From positions 1 to 36,596 of the forward strand of contig JAACVI010000227.1 of NCBI GenBank assembly GCA_009992505.1: a DNA stretch of 36,596 bases. Direction: 5' to 3'. A program made the position numbers and the translations under genes. This document shows positions 1 to 10,641 of this stretch, piece after piece. The notes beneath the pieces were generated by a model, which searched no databases, had not been told where the DNA came from, and saw only the letters and a list, made by a program, of their open reading frames with translations. Within the stretch, counting starts at the first letter, position 1, and every line of letters starts with the position of its first letter. The stretch comes from Myxococcales bacterium (GTDB lineage Bacteria > Myxococcota_A > Polyangia > Polyangiales > Houyiibacteriaceae).

Positions 1-97
1 GATCACCGCGGTCGCGATGGAAGCGCAGCAGCGCTTCGCCATTCGCGAAGGCGGACGCACGGTTGGCGCCGGCGTCATCACCAAGATCATCCAGTAG
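1..97 (+). CDS. tuf: Elongation factor Tu, 3' end (partial, enters from left edge)
   Basis: Frame starting at nt 2 reads [31 protein letters not shown] then TAG at 95-97. [13 protein letters not shown] is the conserved EF-Tu C-terminus. tuf directly upstream of rpsJ is the usual str/S10 junction. Confidence 0.9.
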   Translation, partial: ITAVAMEAQQRFAIREGGRTVGAGVITKIIQ

Positions 98-106
98 GAG
101 CAGCAC

Positions 107-418
107 ATGGCATCCGCGACCAGAATCAGAATCCGCCTCAAAGCCTACGATCACCGTTTGTTGGACCAGTCCACCAGCGAGATCGTAGAGACAGCCAAGC
201 GTACCGGCGCCACCGTGGCCGGACCCATCCCGCTGCCCACCCGGATCAACAAGTACACGGTTCTGCGTGGACCCCACGTGGACAAGAAGTCCAGAGAGCA
301 GTTCGAGATTCGCACGCACAAGCGACTCCTCGACATTCTCGAACCCACCCAAGAGACTCTCGACGCACTGATGAAGCTGGACCTGTCGGCCGGCGTCGAC
401 GTCGAGATCAAGTCCTGA
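107..418 (+). CDS. rpsJ: 30S ribosomal protein S10
   Basis: 103 aa; [17 protein letters not shown]...GPIPLPT...[14 protein letters not shown] is the S10 signature. GGAG lies just upstream of the ATG. Confidence 0.97.
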   Translation: MASATRIRIRLKAYDHRLLDQSTSEIVETAKRTGATVAGPIPLPTRINKYTVLRGPHVDKKSREQFEIRTHKRLLDILEPTQETLDALMKLDLSAGVDVEIKS

Positions 419-464
419 CTTTCAGACTATCTACCCCCTGAGCATAGGCTAAATCGGAGTACAC

Positions 465-1121
465 ATGCCGAAGGTCAAGGTATACGACCTGGATCGAAAC
501 GACGTTGGAGAGCTAGAGCTCTCTGACCAAGTCTTCGACGCAACGGTCAACGAAGCATTGTTCTACGACGTGCTAAAGGCGCAACTCGCGTCACGTCGCA
601 GCGGATCCGCCAAGGTGAAGAACCGCGCTGAAGTCGCTGGTTCCTCGCGCAAGGTCTACCGTCAAAAGGGCACGGGCAATGCGCGTCATGGTAGCATCCG
701 CGCCCCGCTCTACGTCGGTGGCGGTCAGGCCCATGGTCCGAGGCCCCGCAGCTACGCCTATCGGCCCCCGCGCAAGATGCGCGTGGGTGCGCTGCGCAGC
801 GCCCTCTCGATGAAGCTGAAGGAAGGGCATCTGCTCATTCTCGAAGCCTTCGACATGCCCGAGGTGAAGACCCGTAAGCTCGAGCGAGTGCTCGAGAAGC
901 TGAAGGTCGACTCTGGCGCCGTCATCGTCGACGCGGTGGACAACCAGACTCTTCGCCTCTCGGCGCGGAACATGAACGATCACCTCTTCTTGCCACCCGA
1001 GGGCGTAAATCTTTACGACCTCCTCCGGCACGAACACTTGGTCCTCACCAAGAAGGCCGTCGCCGCTCTCGAGCAGCGGTGTTCCGGCAGAGCTTCGCTC
1101 GACGCGCCGCTTGAGAAGTAG
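465..1121 (+). CDS. rplD: 50S ribosomal protein L4
   Basis: 218 aa; SRKVYRQKGTGNARHGSIRAPLYVGGGQAHGPRP matches the L4 core (RQKGTGRAR.GS...P....GG). This is not L3. Confidence 0.95.
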   Translation: MPKVKVYDLDRNDVGELELSDQVFDATVNEALFYDVLKAQLASRRSGSAKVKNRAEVAGSSRKVYRQKGTGNARHGSIRAPLYVGGGQAHGPRPRSYAYRPPRKMRVGALRSALSMKLKEGHLLILEAFDMPEVKTRKLERVLEKLKVDSGAVIVDAVDNQTLRLSARNMNDHLFLPPEGVNLYDLLRHEHLVLTKKAVAALEQRCSGRASLDAPLEK

Positions 1122-1130
1122 GGCAAGACC

Positions 1131-1421
1131 ATGCAACTTGAACAAATCATCAAGCGCCCCCTGATTCTCACGGAGAAGGGCAGCCTCCTCCGCGAAGAGG
1201 AGAATCAGTACCTCTTCGAGGTCGATCGCGGGGCAAACAAGATTCAAATCCGGGACGCTGTCGAGCGCCTCTTCAACGTCAAAGTGAAGAGCGTCAACAC
1301 CCTGCTCATGCGTGGCAAGATGCGCCGCATGGGTCGTGGACTCGCGAAGACCCGCAACTGGAAGAAGGCGTTTGTGACCCTGGTCGAGGGTGACAACATC
1401 GACTTCTTCGAAGGAGCCTGA
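1131..1421 (+). CDS. rplW: 50S ribosomal protein L23
   Basis: 96 aa; [11 protein letters not shown]...[26 protein letters not shown] is L23-like, in the expected operon position. Confidence 0.95.
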   Translation: MQLEQIIKRPLILTEKGSLLREEENQYLFEVDRGANKIQIRDAVERLFNVKVKSVNTLLMRGKMRRMGRGLAKTRNWKKAFVTLVEGDNIDFFEGA

Positions 1422-1424
1422 TCG

Positions 1425-2252
1425 ATGGCGATCAAGCGATTCAAGCCGACCTCCCCCGCGCGACGCTTCTACGAGAACCCCGACTTCTCGGAGATCTCGA
1501 AGAAGGCGCCCGAGAAGTCGTTGACGGAAGCCAAGACGTCGTCTGGCGGAAGAAACAACAACGGACGCATCACGGTGCGGTTCCGCGGGGGTGGCCACAA
1601 GCGCCGTTACCGCAAGATCGACTTCAAGCGTCACAAGACCGGCGTGCCGGCTCTCGTCGCCGCTCTCGAGTACGATCCGAACCGCTCCGCACGCATCGCG
1701 CTTCTGCACTATGCGGACGGCGAGAAGGCCTACATCCTCGCCCCGGATGGCATGGTCGTCGGCGACAGCGTGCTCTCGTCACGCCACGCGGACGTCAAGC
1801 CGGGCAACTCGCTGACCCTGCGCTACATGCCCCTCGGAACTCTCGTGCACAACATCGAGATGAAGATCGGCAAGGGCGGACAGTTGGTTCGCTCCGCTGG
1901 CACCGCGGCCCAGTTGATGGCCAAGGACGGCAACTACGCGCAGCTCCGGCTCCCCTCGGGCGAGGTCCGCATGATCCATCTGGATTGTCGCGCCACGGTC
2001 GGTCAGGTGAGCAACAAGCAGCACGCGCGCCTCACGCTGGGAAAGGCGGGTCGTAGCCGCTGGCTCGGACGCCGCCCCCACAACCGAGGCACCAGCATGA
2101 ACCCGGTCGACCACCCCATGGGTGGTGGCGAGGGTCGGACCTCCGGTGGACGTCACCCCTGTTCTCCGTGGGGTCAACTCTCCAAGGGTAAGAAGACCCG
2201 TCAGAACAAGGCGAGCGACAAGTTCATCGTCAAGAAGCGAAAGAAGAAGTAA
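1425..2252 (+). CDS. rplB: 50S ribosomal protein L2
   Basis: 275 aa; [32 protein letters not shown] and [12 protein letters not shown] are L2 motifs. Confidence 0.98.
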   Translation: MAIKRFKPTSPARRFYENPDFSEISKKAPEKSLTEAKTSSGGRNNNGRITVRFRGGGHKRRYRKIDFKRHKTGVPALVAALEYDPNRSARIALLHYADGEKAYILAPDGMVVGDSVLSSRHADVKPGNSLTLRYMPLGTLVHNIEMKIGKGGQLVRSAGTAAQLMAKDGNYAQLRLPSGEVRMIHLDCRATVGQVSNKQHARLTLGKAGRSRWLGRRPHNRGTSMNPVDHPMGGGEGRTSGGRHPCSPWGQLSKGKKTRQNKASDKFIVKKRKKK

Positions 2253-2554
2253 TGGCACGTTCGGTCAAGAAGGGCCCTTTCGTAGACGACCACCTTCAGA
2301 AGAAGGTAGACGACGTCCAACGCTCGGGCGAACGCAAGATGATCAAGACCTGGTCTCGCAGGTCCACGATTACCCCAGACTTCATCGGCCTGACCTTCGC
2401 GGTCCACAACGGCCGGAAGTTCGTCACCGTGTTCGTCACTGAGAACATGGTCGGCCATAAGCTGGGCGAATTTGCACCAACGCGGACCTTTCATGGCCAC
2501 GCTGCGGACCGGAAGACCAGGAAGGGCGGAAACCCGAAGACGGGTAAGCGCTGA
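2252..2554 (+). CDS. rpsS: 30S ribosomal protein S19
   Basis: 100 aa; [13 protein letters not shown]...[19 protein letters not shown]. The ATG overlaps the rplB TAA (TAATG). Confidence 0.97.
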   Translation: MARSVKKGPFVDDHLQKKVDDVQRSGERKMIKTWSRRSTITPDFIGLTFAVHNGRKFVTVFVTENMVGHKLGEFAPTRTFHGHAADRKTRKGGNPKTGKR

Positions 2555-2625
2555 CGAGTTGTCCGGGGGAAGGCGGCGTGCTAGATCGCCCGACCCCGGA
2601 GCAAGACTAGGCCACAGGGAAGACC

Positions 2626-2976
2626 ATGGAAGCCATCGCAAAGGCACGATTTCAAAGGATTTCTCCGCGCAAGGCGCGGACGATCCTCAATATGGTGCGC
2701 GGCAAGAACGTCGCGACCGCCCTGAACGAGCTGCGCTTCACCAAGAAGGCGGCTTCGCCCCTGGTGGCGAAGGTTCTCGACAGTGCGATCGCCAATGCCA
2801 GGCACAAGGATGAGGGCGTCGATCTCGACGCGCTCATCGTTCGGACCGCTTTCGCGGACAAGGCACCCGACAGTCAGATGCGCCGGTGGAGACCACGGGC
2901 CATGGGTCGAGCGACCCGAATCGTGAAGGGCATGAGCCACATCACGATCATCATCTCCGACCAGGAAGAGGTCTGA
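2626..2976 (+). CDS. rplV: 50S ribosomal protein L22
   Basis: 116 aa; [27 protein letters not shown]...[10 protein letters not shown] is L22-like. Confidence 0.95.
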   Translation: MEAIAKARFQRISPRKARTILNMVRGKNVATALNELRFTKKAASPLVAKVLDSAIANARHKDEGVDLDALIVRTAFADKAPDSQMRRWRPRAMGRATRIVKGMSHITIIISDQEEV

Positions 2977-2977
2977 A

Positions 2978-3643
2978 GTGGGTCACAAGGTACACCCGTA
3001 CGGTTTCCGCCTCGGCATCATCAAGACTTGGAAGTCGAAGTGGTACGAGGATAAGAATTACGCCACCTGGCTTCACGAGGATCTCTCGCTCAAGCGGACG
3101 ATCACCGAGAAGCACGCTCACGCTGGAATCGCAGATATCCAGATTGAGCGCGCGGCCAACAAGGCCAAGGTCGTGATTTACACTTCGCGTCCCGGGATCA
3201 TCATCGGCAAGCGCGGTGCAGGCGTTGAGCAGCTCAAGAAGGAGCTCCAGGGCCTGACCAAGAACGAACTCTTCGTGGACATCCAGGAGATTCGCAAGGC
3301 CGAGACGAACGCCAAGCTCGTGGCCGAGAACATCGCCTCGCAGCTCGAGCGCCGAGTCGCCTTCCGACGCGCCATGAAGAAGGCGGTCTCGACCGCCATG
3401 AAGTTCGGCGTCAAGGGCATCCGCGTGAATGCCGCAGGTCGTCTCGGTGGCGTCGCCATCGCCCGACGCGAGTGGTACCACGAGGGTCGCGTTCCGCTTC
3501 ACACGGTACGCGCCGACATCGACTACGGCGAAGTTACGGCAAAGACGAAGGCCGGGACGGTCGGAATCAAATGCTGGATCTTCAAGGGCGAGATCGTCCC
3601 TCAACGACGCCGTGCACTCGGCGCAATCGCCCCCCGCGGCTGA
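2978..3643 (+). CDS. rpsC: 30S ribosomal protein S3
   Basis: 221 aa, GTG start; [13 protein letters not shown]...W.SKWY and the KH-domain stretch [15 protein letters not shown]. Confidence 0.97.
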   Translation: MGHKVHPYGFRLGIIKTWKSKWYEDKNYATWLHEDLSLKRTITEKHAHAGIADIQIERAANKAKVVIYTSRPGIIIGKRGAGVEQLKKELQGLTKNELFVDIQEIRKAETNAKLVAENIASQLERRVAFRRAMKKAVSTAMKFGVKGIRVNAAGRLGGVAIARREWYHEGRVPLHTVRADIDYGEVTAKTKAGTVGIKCWIFKGEIVPQRRRALGAIAPRG

Positions 3644-3676
3644 AACCTTTTCCGAGCGTAACTCGACGGATTCACC

Positions 3677-4093
3677 ATGCTTCAACCGAAACGAACAAAG
3701 TTCAACAAGCAGCAGAAGGGCCGCATGCGTGGGAAATCCTACCGCGGCAGCTGCGTCTCCTTCGGCGACTACGGCCTGCAGGCAGTAGAGGGCGGCCGCA
3801 TCTCGGCACGCCAGATCGAAGCCGCACGTATGGCCATCCAGCGGAAGGTGAAGCGCCAAGGCAAGCTCTTCATCCGCGTCTTCCCGGACAAGCCCATCAC
3901 CAAGAAGCCCCTCGAGACCAGAATGGGCAAGGGCAAGGGATCCGTCGAAGGCTGGGTCGCCGTGATCCGCGCGGGTCGCATGCTGTACGAGATCCAGGGC
4001 GTACCCGAGGACGTGGCTCGCGAGGCCTTCCGCATCGCCGGCCACAAGCTTCCCCTGCCCACCCAGTTCCGACGTCGGGAGGATCAGCTGTGA
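3677..4093 (+). CDS. rplP: 50S ribosomal protein L16
   Basis: 138 aa; [19 protein letters not shown]...[23 protein letters not shown]. Confidence 0.97.
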   Translation: MLQPKRTKFNKQQKGRMRGKSYRGSCVSFGDYGLQAVEGGRISARQIEAARMAIQRKVKRQGKLFIRVFPDKPITKKPLETRMGKGKGSVEGWVAVIRAGRMLYEIQGVPEDVAREAFRIAGHKLPLPTQFRRREDQL

Positions 4094-4290
4094 AGATCGC
4101 CGAAATCAGAGAAAAGGCCACCGACGAGCTCGAGACCCTCGAGTCCGATCTCACCCGCAAGCTTTGGAAGTCTCGCTTCGAGAACCACAGCAATCAGCTC
4201 GACGACACCAGCAGCATCCCGAAGCTCAGGCGCGACATCGCCCGGGTGAAGACCATCCTCACCGAGCGTCGCACTCAGGCGACGGAGTAG
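4090..4290 (+). CDS. rpmC: 50S ribosomal protein L29
   Basis: GTG at 4090 overlaps the rplP TGA (GTGA). 66 aa: [59 protein letters not shown]. The track shows this only as the tail of a longer spurious ORF (3472-4290). Confidence 0.9.
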   Translation: MKIAEIREKATDELETLESDLTRKLWKSRFENHSNQLDDTSSIPKLRRDIARVKTILTERRTQATE

Positions 4291-4293
4291 ACC

Positions 4294-4611
4294 ATGTCCG
4301 AAACCGAAGAGCAGCAGACTCGAGGCGAGACCGAGACCACGCGTGGACGGCAACGTCACCTGGTTGGTCGCGTCGTGAACGACACCGCCAAGCCTGGCCG
4401 TGCCAAGCAGACCATCGTCGTCGAGGTCATCCGACGCTACCGCGATCCCTTCTATGGGAAGTACGTGAAGCGTCGCAAGAAGTACCACGCGCACGACGAG
4501 CGTGAAGAGTATCGCACGCGCGATCTCGTGGAAATCAAGGCATGCCGACCGCGTTCGGCTACCAAGCGCTGGCAGGCTGTGCGCCTGGTCGAGCGTCCCC
4601 CGGAGGTATGA
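4294..4611 (+). CDS. rpsQ: 30S ribosomal protein S17
   Basis: 105 aa; [17 protein letters not shown]...[17 protein letters not shown]. Has an acidic extension of about 20 aa at the N-terminus. Confidence 0.95.
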   Translation: MSETEEQQTRGETETTRGRQRHLVGRVVNDTAKPGRAKQTIVVEVIRRYRDPFYGKYVKRRKKYHAHDEREEYRTRDLVEIKACRPRSATKRWQAVRLVERPPEV

Positions 4612-4612
4612 C

Positions 4613-4981
4613 GTGATTCAGACTGAAACCGTCCTCGACGTGGCCGACAACAGCGGCGCCAAGCGCGTCGCGTGCATCAAGGTCCTTGGCGGCTCTCGCA
4701 GGCGCTATGCGGCTCTGGGCGACATCATCGTCGTCGCCGTGCAGGAGGCGCTGCCGAACGCTCGCGTCAAGAAGGGCGAAGTCGCCCGCGCCGTCGTCGT
4801 TCGCACTCGCCGTGAGTACCAGCGCTCCGATGGCACCTACATCAAGTTCGACAGCAACAGCGCCGTGCTCGTCGACAAGGACAACGAGCCGGTTGGCACC
4901 CGCATCTTCGGGCCGGTGGCCCGAGAGCTCCGCGCCAAGCGTTTCATGAAGATCATCGCCTTGGCGCCTGAGGTCATCTGA
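4613..4981 (+). CDS. rplN: 50S ribosomal protein L14
   Basis: GTG at 4613 gives 122 aa: [42 protein letters not shown]. This is the canonical L14 length and N-terminus. The track ORF (from 4502) over-extends upstream. Confidence 0.93.
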   Translation: MIQTETVLDVADNSGAKRVACIKVLGGSRRRYAALGDIIVVAVQEALPNARVKKGEVARAVVVRTRREYQRSDGTYIKFDSNSAVLVDKDNEPVGTRIFGPVARELRAKRFMKIIALAPEVI

Positions 4982-5298
4982 TGTCCATGCGAATCAAGAA
5001 GGGCGACAAGGTCCTCGTGACCACTGGCAAGGACAAGGGCACCAGCGGCCGTGTCTTGCTCGTCGATGTCGAGCGCGATCGCGTGCTCGTCGAGGGTGTG
5101 AACGTGGTCAAGCGCCACCAGAGCGCCCGCAAGTTCGGTGAGTCCGCCATCGTCGAGAAGGAAGCGCCCATCCACCTCTCGAACGTCATGATCGAAGATC
5201 CGAAGGACGGCGGCCCCACGCGAGTGCGTGTGGGCGTCGACAAGGATGGCAAGAAGGTCCGCATCGCCGCCAAGAGTGGCGTCGTGATCTCCGACTGA
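4981..5298 (+). CDS. rplX: 50S ribosomal protein L24
   Basis: 105 aa; IKKGDKVLVTTGKDKGTSGRVL (KOW motif). The ATG overlaps the rplN TGA. Confidence 0.96.
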   Translation: MSMRIKKGDKVLVTTGKDKGTSGRVLLVDVERDRVLVEGVNVVKRHQSARKFGESAIVEKEAPIHLSNVMIEDPKDGGPTRVRVGVDKDGKKVRIAAKSGVVISD

Positions 5299-5346
5299 GA
5301 AGGACTCTCCGGCCCACGTCCGTGTATCCCGGAGAAGGAATGAAAA

Positions 5347-5898
5347 ATGGCTGATTACATCCCCAGAATGCAGCGCCGCTATCAGGAGCAGGCGATCGCC
5401 GCCCTGATGAAGGAATACCAGTACGGTAATCCGATGCAGGTGCCCCGCCTCGAGAAGGTCACCGTCAACATGGGCCTCGGTGAGGCTGTGCAGAACGGTA
5501 AGCTGATCGAGGTCGCGGCGTCCGAGATCGCTACGATCACCGGACAGAAGCCCGTCATCACGCGCGCCAAGAAGTCCATCGCCACGTTCAAGCTGCGCGA
5601 AGGCATGCCCATCGGCGCCATGGTGACCCTGCGCAAGAGCCGCATGTGGGAGTTCGTGGATCGTCTCATCAGCGTGGCTCTGCCCCGCGTTCGAGACTTC
5701 CGCGGTCTCAGCCCCAAGGCCTTCGACGGCCGCGGCAACTACACGCTCGGAATTCGCGAGCAGATCATCTTCCCCGACGTCGATTACGACGCGGTGGACA
5801 AGATTCACGGAATGAACGTCACGTTCGTTACCACGGCCCAATCGGACGACCAGGGGCGCACGCTTCTGCGAGCGCTCGGCATGCCGTTCCGGAAGTAG
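5347..5898 (+). CDS. rplE: 50S ribosomal protein L5
   Basis: 183 aa; [20 protein letters not shown]...[26 protein letters not shown]. Confidence 0.97.
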   Translation: MADYIPRMQRRYQEQAIAALMKEYQYGNPMQVPRLEKVTVNMGLGEAVQNGKLIEVAASEIATITGQKPVITRAKKSIATFKLREGMPIGAMVTLRKSRMWEFVDRLISVALPRVRDFRGLSPKAFDGRGNYTLGIREQIIFPDVDYDAVDKIHGMNVTFVTTAQSDDQGRTLLRALGMPFRK

Positions 5899-5905
5899 GA
5901 AGACG

Positions 5906-6091
5906 ATGGCTAGCAAGCGTGCATTCGCCAAGTTCAACAAGAAGCTGAAGTTCTCGGTGCGTCACCGCAACCGTTGCCGCGTCTGCGGTCGGCCACGTGG
6001 TTACTACCGCAAGTTCGAGCTTTGCCGTATCTGCCTGAGGAAGTTCGCCCTGTCCGGCGACATCCCTGGCGTCACCAAGTCCAGCTGGTAA
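5906..6091 (+). CDS. rpsN: 30S ribosomal protein S14, short zinc-binding (type Z) form
   Basis: 61 aa; [20 protein letters not shown] carries CxxC...CxxC and ends ...PGVTKSSW. Confidence 0.95.
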   Translation: MASKRAFAKFNKKLKFSVRHRNRCRVCGRPRGYYRKFELCRICLRKFALSGDIPGVTKSSW

Positions 6092-6103
6092 GGGACTACC
6101 GTC

Positions 6104-6496
6104 ATGATGTCAGATCCTATTGCAGACATGCTCTCCCGCATTCGAAACGCGGGTCAGGCCAAACACGAACGCACCTCGATGCCTCTCTCGAAGCTCAAGG
6201 TCGAGGTCGCCAAGATCCTCAAGGCGGAGGGCTACATCGCCGACTACCGCATCGAGGACGAAGCCTTCGGTAGCCTCGTGCTCTTCCTGCGCTACGGCCG
6301 GAACCACGAGAGCGCCATCGCGGGGATCAAGCGTGCCAGTCGTCCGGGACGTCGTCTCTACGTCGGCGCCCACAAGATCCCGCGCATCCACAACGGATTG
6401 GGCGTGGCGATTCTCTCCACCTCCAAGGGCGTGATGACGGACCGCTCGGCTCGCGAAGCTCGCCTCGGTGGTGAAATCCTTTGCGAGGTGTGGTGA
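6104..6496 (+). CDS. rpsH: 30S ribosomal protein S8
   Basis: 130 aa; SDPIADMLSRIRNA......LSTSKGVMTD..AR...LGGEILCEVW. Confidence 0.97.
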   Translation: MMSDPIADMLSRIRNAGQAKHERTSMPLSKLKVEVAKILKAEGYIADYRIEDEAFGSLVLFLRYGRNHESAIAGIKRASRPGRRLYVGAHKIPRIHNGLGVAILSTSKGVMTDRSAREARLGGEILCEVW

Positions 6497-7077
6497 TGGC
6501 TGAGCCAAGCAAGAAGCAGTCCCGCGTCGGGAAGCTTCCGATTCCCGTCCCCGCTGGCGTGCAGGTCACCATCGAAGATGGTCTCGTGCGTGCCAAGGGG
6601 CCTCTCGGTGAGCACTTCAAGACCGTGCGCCCCGAGATCGAGGTGAAGCGCGTCGGTGACAACCTGATCGTGACTCCGAAGCCCGACGCCGGGCGTACGG
6701 GGAACCAGTATCAGGGTCTCACCCGCTCGTTGCTCGCCGGCCTGATCGAGGGCGTCAACACCGGCTTCAAGAAGTCCCTGGACTTCCGCGGCGTCGGTTA
6801 TCGCGCCGAGATCACGCCGGGCAACCTGAAGATGACGGTCGGGCTCTCCCACACCGTCACCCTCGCCATCCCGGACTCGATCACGGCCAAGGCCGAGATC
6901 ATCGATGTGGGTGGCACCAAGTTCCCTCGAGTCCATCTCGAGTCGTATGACAAGCAGATGATCGGGCAGCTCGCAGCCCGAATTCGCTCGGTGCGTCCGC
7001 CGGAGCCCTACAAGGGCAAGGGTGTGCGCTATACGGGCGAGAAGATCCGCGAGAAGGCCGGAAAGTCGGGCAAGTAG
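6496..7077 (+). CDS. rplF: 50S ribosomal protein L6
   Basis: The ATG at 6496 overlaps the rpsH TGA (TGATG). SRVGKLPIPVPAGVQV...GYRA...PPEPYKGKGVRY. The track start at 6481 (TTG) lies inside rpsH and is less likely. Confidence 0.92.
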   Translation: MAEPSKKQSRVGKLPIPVPAGVQVTIEDGLVRAKGPLGEHFKTVRPEIEVKRVGDNLIVTPKPDAGRTGNQYQGLTRSLLAGLIEGVNTGFKKSLDFRGVGYRAEITPGNLKMTVGLSHTVTLAIPDSITAKAEIIDVGGTKFPRVHLESYDKQMIGQLAARIRSVRPPEPYKGKGVRYTGEKIREKAGKSGK

Positions 7078-7086
7078 GGTATAGCC

Positions 7087-7440
7087 ATGCAGCAACTCAC
7101 AGGTAGGGCGCGCCGAAAGCGTCGAATCCGTAAGAAGGTCTCGGGAGATCCGAGCAGGCTGCGGCTGAGCGTTTTCCGCTCCGCCCGCCACATCTACGCA
7201 CAGGTCATCGACGACTCCACGGGCAACACCGTGGCGTCTGCGTCCTCCCTGATCGAAGCCAAGTCCAATGAGGGTGAAGCTTCGAAGATGGATCGCGCCA
7301 AGCAGGTCGGCGCCGCGCTGGCCAAGGCTTGCGCAGCGAAGGGCGTCGAGAAGGTCGTCTTCGATCGCAATGGTTACATGTATCACGGCCGCGTTCGCGC
7401 GTTGGCTGACGCTGCTCGAGAAGCCGGGCTGAGGTTCTGA
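7087..7440 (+). CDS. rplR: 50S ribosomal protein L18
   Basis: 117 aa; [24 protein letters not shown]...[25 protein letters not shown]. Confidence 0.96.
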   Translation: MQQLTGRARRKRRIRKKVSGDPSRLRLSVFRSARHIYAQVIDDSTGNTVASASSLIEAKSNEGEASKMDRAKQVGAALAKACAAKGVEKVVFDRNGYMYHGRVRALADAAREAGLRF

Positions 7441-7445
7441 ACGCA

Positions 7446-7964
7446 ATGGCTCACAGTCCCGAAATCATCAAGGCCGACACGCTCGAAGATCTTCAAGAGC
7501 GCGTCATCTTCATCAACCGAGTTGCCAAGGTCGTCAAAGGCGGCCGGCGGTTCAGCTTCAGCGCCCTCGTGGTCGCCGGAGATCAGCGCGGACACGTCGG
7601 CGTTGGTCTCGGCAAGGCCAAGGAAGTGCCCGAAGCCATCCGCAAGGGCAACGAGCGTGCTCGCAAGAACATGTTCAAGGTGCCGCTCGTCGGCGCGAGC
7701 ATTCCCCACAAGGTCGTCGGCCACTTCGGCGCCGGTCGCGTGGTGCTTCGTCCCGCCTCGGCTGGTACGGGCGTGATCGCCGGCGGTGCCATGCGCGCCG
7801 TTCTCGAGGTCGCCGGCGTGCATGACGTGCTCGCCAAGATCATCGGCACCACGAACCCGCACAACGTCGTGCACGCCACGATCGACGCACTGGCTCAGCT
7901 CGAGTCGGCCGAAGACGTGGCCCGTCGTCGAGGCAAGACACTCGAAGAGGTCGTGACCCCATGA
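7446..7964 (+). CDS. rpsE: 30S ribosomal protein S5
   Basis: 172 aa; [38 protein letters not shown]. Confidence 0.97.
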   Translation: MAHSPEIIKADTLEDLQERVIFINRVAKVVKGGRRFSFSALVVAGDQRGHVGVGLGKAKEVPEAIRKGNERARKNMFKVPLVGASIPHKVVGHFGAGRVVLRPASAGTGVIAGGAMRAVLEVAGVHDVLAKIIGTTNPHNVVHATIDALAQLESAEDVARRRGKTLEEVVTP

Positions 7965-8149
7965 CCACCAAGCTCAAAGTCACCCAGATCCGCAGCACCA
8001 TCGGACGTCAGGGTCGCCAGCAGGCGATCCTCGTCGGCCTGGGGCTGCGCAAGCTCAACCAATCCGTCGTCGTGGACAACACCCCGTCGTTCCGCGGCAT
8101 GGTCAAGAAGGTGCTCCACCTCGTGACCGTGGAGGAGATCAATGCCTGA
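7961..8149 (+). CDS. rpmD: 50S ribosomal protein L30
   Basis: 62 aa; [11 protein letters not shown]...Q...L.GLGLRK...VV.DNTP..RGM. ATGA overlap with rpsE. Confidence 0.93.
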   Translation: MTTKLKVTQIRSTIGRQGRQQAILVGLGLRKLNQSVVVDNTPSFRGMVKKVLHLVTVEEINA

Positions 8150-8657
8150 CAGCGACTCCAACAGCAGCGACTCCAAGAGTGTCCCGATCCTGTCGCGCCT
8201 GCGCGCGCCGGCAGGAGCCGTGCACCGCAAGAAGCGCAAGGGTCGCGGCAACGCCTCCGGCCTGGGAACCAACGCCGGTAAGGGTCAAAAGGGACAGAAG
8301 TCTCAGAGCCCCGGCCACTTCAGCAAGCTCGGCTTCGAGGGTGGTCAGACGCCGCTCCATCGCCGTCTGCCGAAGGTGGGATTCTACAATCCCTTCTCGA
8401 AGCGGGTGACCGCCCTGAACATCCGCGACCTCGCCCGCTTCGACGCTGGCAGCACCGTGGATCTCGAGGCGCTGGCCAACGCGGGCCTGCTCAAGCGCGG
8501 CTTCGATTCGGTCAAGATCCTCGGCAAGGGCGACCTCGACAAGGCTCTGACCGTGCGCGCCCACAGCTTCAGTGCGGGCGCTCGTCAGAAGATTGAGGCT
8601 GCTGGTGGAAAGGCCGAGTCGCTCAGCGACGCGCCTGCCGCCAACGCCGAGGGCTGA
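8142..8657 (+). CDS. rplO: 50S ribosomal protein L15
   Basis: 171 aa; [23 protein letters not shown]...[17 protein letters not shown]. The start overlaps rpmD by 8 nt, with a Ser/Asp-rich N-terminal extension. Confidence 0.93.
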   Translation: MPDSDSNSSDSKSVPILSRLRAPAGAVHRKKRKGRGNASGLGTNAGKGQKGQKSQSPGHFSKLGFEGGQTPLHRRLPKVGFYNPFSKRVTALNIRDLARFDAGSTVDLEALANAGLLKRGFDSVKILGKGDLDKALTVRAHSFSAGARQKIEAAGGKAESLSDAPAANAEG

Positions 8658-8680
8658 GGAACACTTCCACTAGGTCTGCC

Positions 8681-9994
8681 ATGAGCGTTATCGCGAACAT
8701 CGCCAAGATTCCCGAGCTGCGTCGCCGCCTCCTCTTCACGTTGGGGATGGTCGCGATCTATCGCGTCGGTATCTTCGTGACGACCCCGGGAGTGGACCGG
8801 AACGTCATGCGTCGGATCATGCACGATTCGTCTGCATCGTTCCTTGGCATGTTCAACCTCTTCTCGGGAGGTGCCCTGATGCAGCTCTCGATCTTCGCGC
8901 TCGGCATCATGCCCTACGTCTCCGCGAGCATCATCCTCTCGCTCATGGGCGTGGTGGTGAAGCCGCTCGAGGAGCTCCGCAAGGAGGGTGAGGCTGGCCA
9001 GCGCAAGATCAACCAGTACACGCGCTACGGCACGGTGATGCTCAGCATCATCCAGGGCTTCGGCATCGCGATGTACCTCGAGGGCCTCAACGGCAGCTCG
9101 GCTTATGGCGATGTCGTCGCGGATCCGGGCTGGGTCTTCCGCCTCATCACCATCATCTCGCTGACCACCGGCACGGCCTTCATCATGTGGCTGGGCGAGC
9201 AGATCACGGAGCGAGGGATCGGCAACGGCATCTCGCTGATCATCTTCGCGGGCATCGTCGCGGGCCTGCCCGACGCGCTCTTCCTCACGTTCCAGCAGGT
9301 GAAAATCGGGCAGATGAAGCCGATCGACATGCTGATCGTCGCCTTCGTCGCGGTGCTCACGACCTCGGTCATCGTGTTCTTCGAGCGCGCTCAGCGTCGC
9401 CTGCCCATCCAGTATGCGAAACGCATGCAGGGCAAACAGGTCTACGGCGGTCAGGCGTCCCATCTGCCCCTGCGCGTGAACATGTCGGGCGTCATCCCGC
9501 CCATCTTCACCTCGTCGCTGTTGATGTTCCCGGTGACGCTGGCGAACCTCAAGGTGCCGGGCATGACCTGGCTGAACAACCACATCCAGACCGGCAATTG
9601 GGTCTATCTGACCATCTTCGCCGTGATGACGATCTTCTTCTGCTTCTTCTACACGGCGGTCACGTTCCAGCCGGTCGAGGTCGCCGAGAACCTCAAGAAG
9701 CAGAACGCCTTCATCCCTGGCATTCGCCCCGGTAAGGCGACCGCGGACTACATCGACAACGTCCTGACGCGCATCACCGTCGGCGGTGCCCTCTACGTGG
9801 CCGCGGTCTGCACCGTCCCGACGCTGCTGCAAAGCAACTACGAGGTGCCGTTCTATCTGGGCGGCACGTCTCTGATGATCGTCGTCGGCGTCGCCCTCGA
9901 CACGGCCCAACAGGTCGACTCCCATCTCATCACGCGACACTACGAAGGTCTCACCGGACCCACGGGCTCGCGGATTCGAGGGAGGAAGACCTGA
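8681..9994 (+). CDS. secY: Preprotein translocase subunit SecY
   Basis: 437 aa, polytopic; [25 protein letters not shown]...[15 protein letters not shown] and [20 protein letters not shown] are SecY motifs. Confidence 0.97.
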   Translation: MSVIANIAKIPELRRRLLFTLGMVAIYRVGIFVTTPGVDRNVMRRIMHDSSASFLGMFNLFSGGALMQLSIFALGIMPYVSASIILSLMGVVVKPLEELRKEGEAGQRKINQYTRYGTVMLSIIQGFGIAMYLEGLNGSSAYGDVVADPGWVFRLITIISLTTGTAFIMWLGEQITERGIGNGISLIIFAGIVAGLPDALFLTFQQVKIGQMKPIDMLIVAFVAVLTTSVIVFFERAQRRLPIQYAKRMQGKQVYGGQASHLPLRVNMSGVIPPIFTSSLLMFPVTLANLKVPGMTWLNNHIQTGNWVYLTIFAVMTIFFCFFYTAVTFQPVEVAENLKKQNAFIPGIRPGKATADYIDNVLTRITVGGALYVAAVCTVPTLLQSNYEVPFYLGGTSLMIVVGVALDTAQQVDSHLITRHYEGLTGPTGSRIRGRKT

Positions 9995-10641
9995 TGGATG
10001 TGATTCTCTTCGGACCCGCGGGCGCCGGCAAAGGCACCCAGGCCAAGTTCCTCGTCGACCTGCTGGGGATCCCGCAGATCTCGACCGGCGACATGATGCG
10101 TGCGGAGCGCGCGTCAGGATCGGAGCTTGGCGCGCGCTTCGAAGGCTTCATGTCCAAGGGTAACCTCGTCCCGGACGAGTTGGTCCTCGAGCTGATGGAG
10201 AAGCGCCTGACCCAGGCGGACGCCAAGGGCGGGGCCATTTTCGACGGCTACCCGCGCACACTCGCTCAGGCCGAGGCGCTGGACGCCCTTTTGGCCAAGA
10301 TCGGCCGCAAGATCGACCGCGTCGTCGCCCTGGACATCGAGCTCCCGGATGTGGTCGAGCGCATCACCGGGCGCCGAGTCTGCCTCGACTGTGGACAGAC
10401 CTACCATGTGCGCTATAGTCCGCCCCCCGAATCGGGCGTCTGCGTCTCGTGCGAGGGTACAAGGATCGTTCAGCGGGCCGACGACAGCGAACAGGTCGTT
10501 CGGCATAGGTACTCGGATTATAAAGAGAAAACGGCTCCCATACTGGAGCACTATGGACAGCACGTCGTCTCGCACGTCGACGGCTGCGGCGAGTTCGGTG
10601 AGGTAACGGGAAGGATTCAGGCAGCTCTGGGAGCTGCTTGA
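9994..10641 (+). CDS. adk: Adenylate kinase (Cys4 zinc-lid type)
   Basis: 215 aa; P-loop GPAGAGKGTQA, ISTGDMMR, FDGYPRT. The lid carries C130-x2-C133...C150-x2-C153. Confidence 0.96.
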   Translation: MDVILFGPAGAGKGTQAKFLVDLLGIPQISTGDMMRAERASGSELGARFEGFMSKGNLVPDELVLELMEKRLTQADAKGGAIFDGYPRTLAQAEALDALLAKIGRKIDRVVALDIELPDVVERITGRRVCLDCGQTYHVRYSPPPESGVCVSCEGTRIVQRADDSEQVVRHRYSDYKEKTAPILEHYGQHVVSHVDGCGEFGEVTGRIQAALGAA

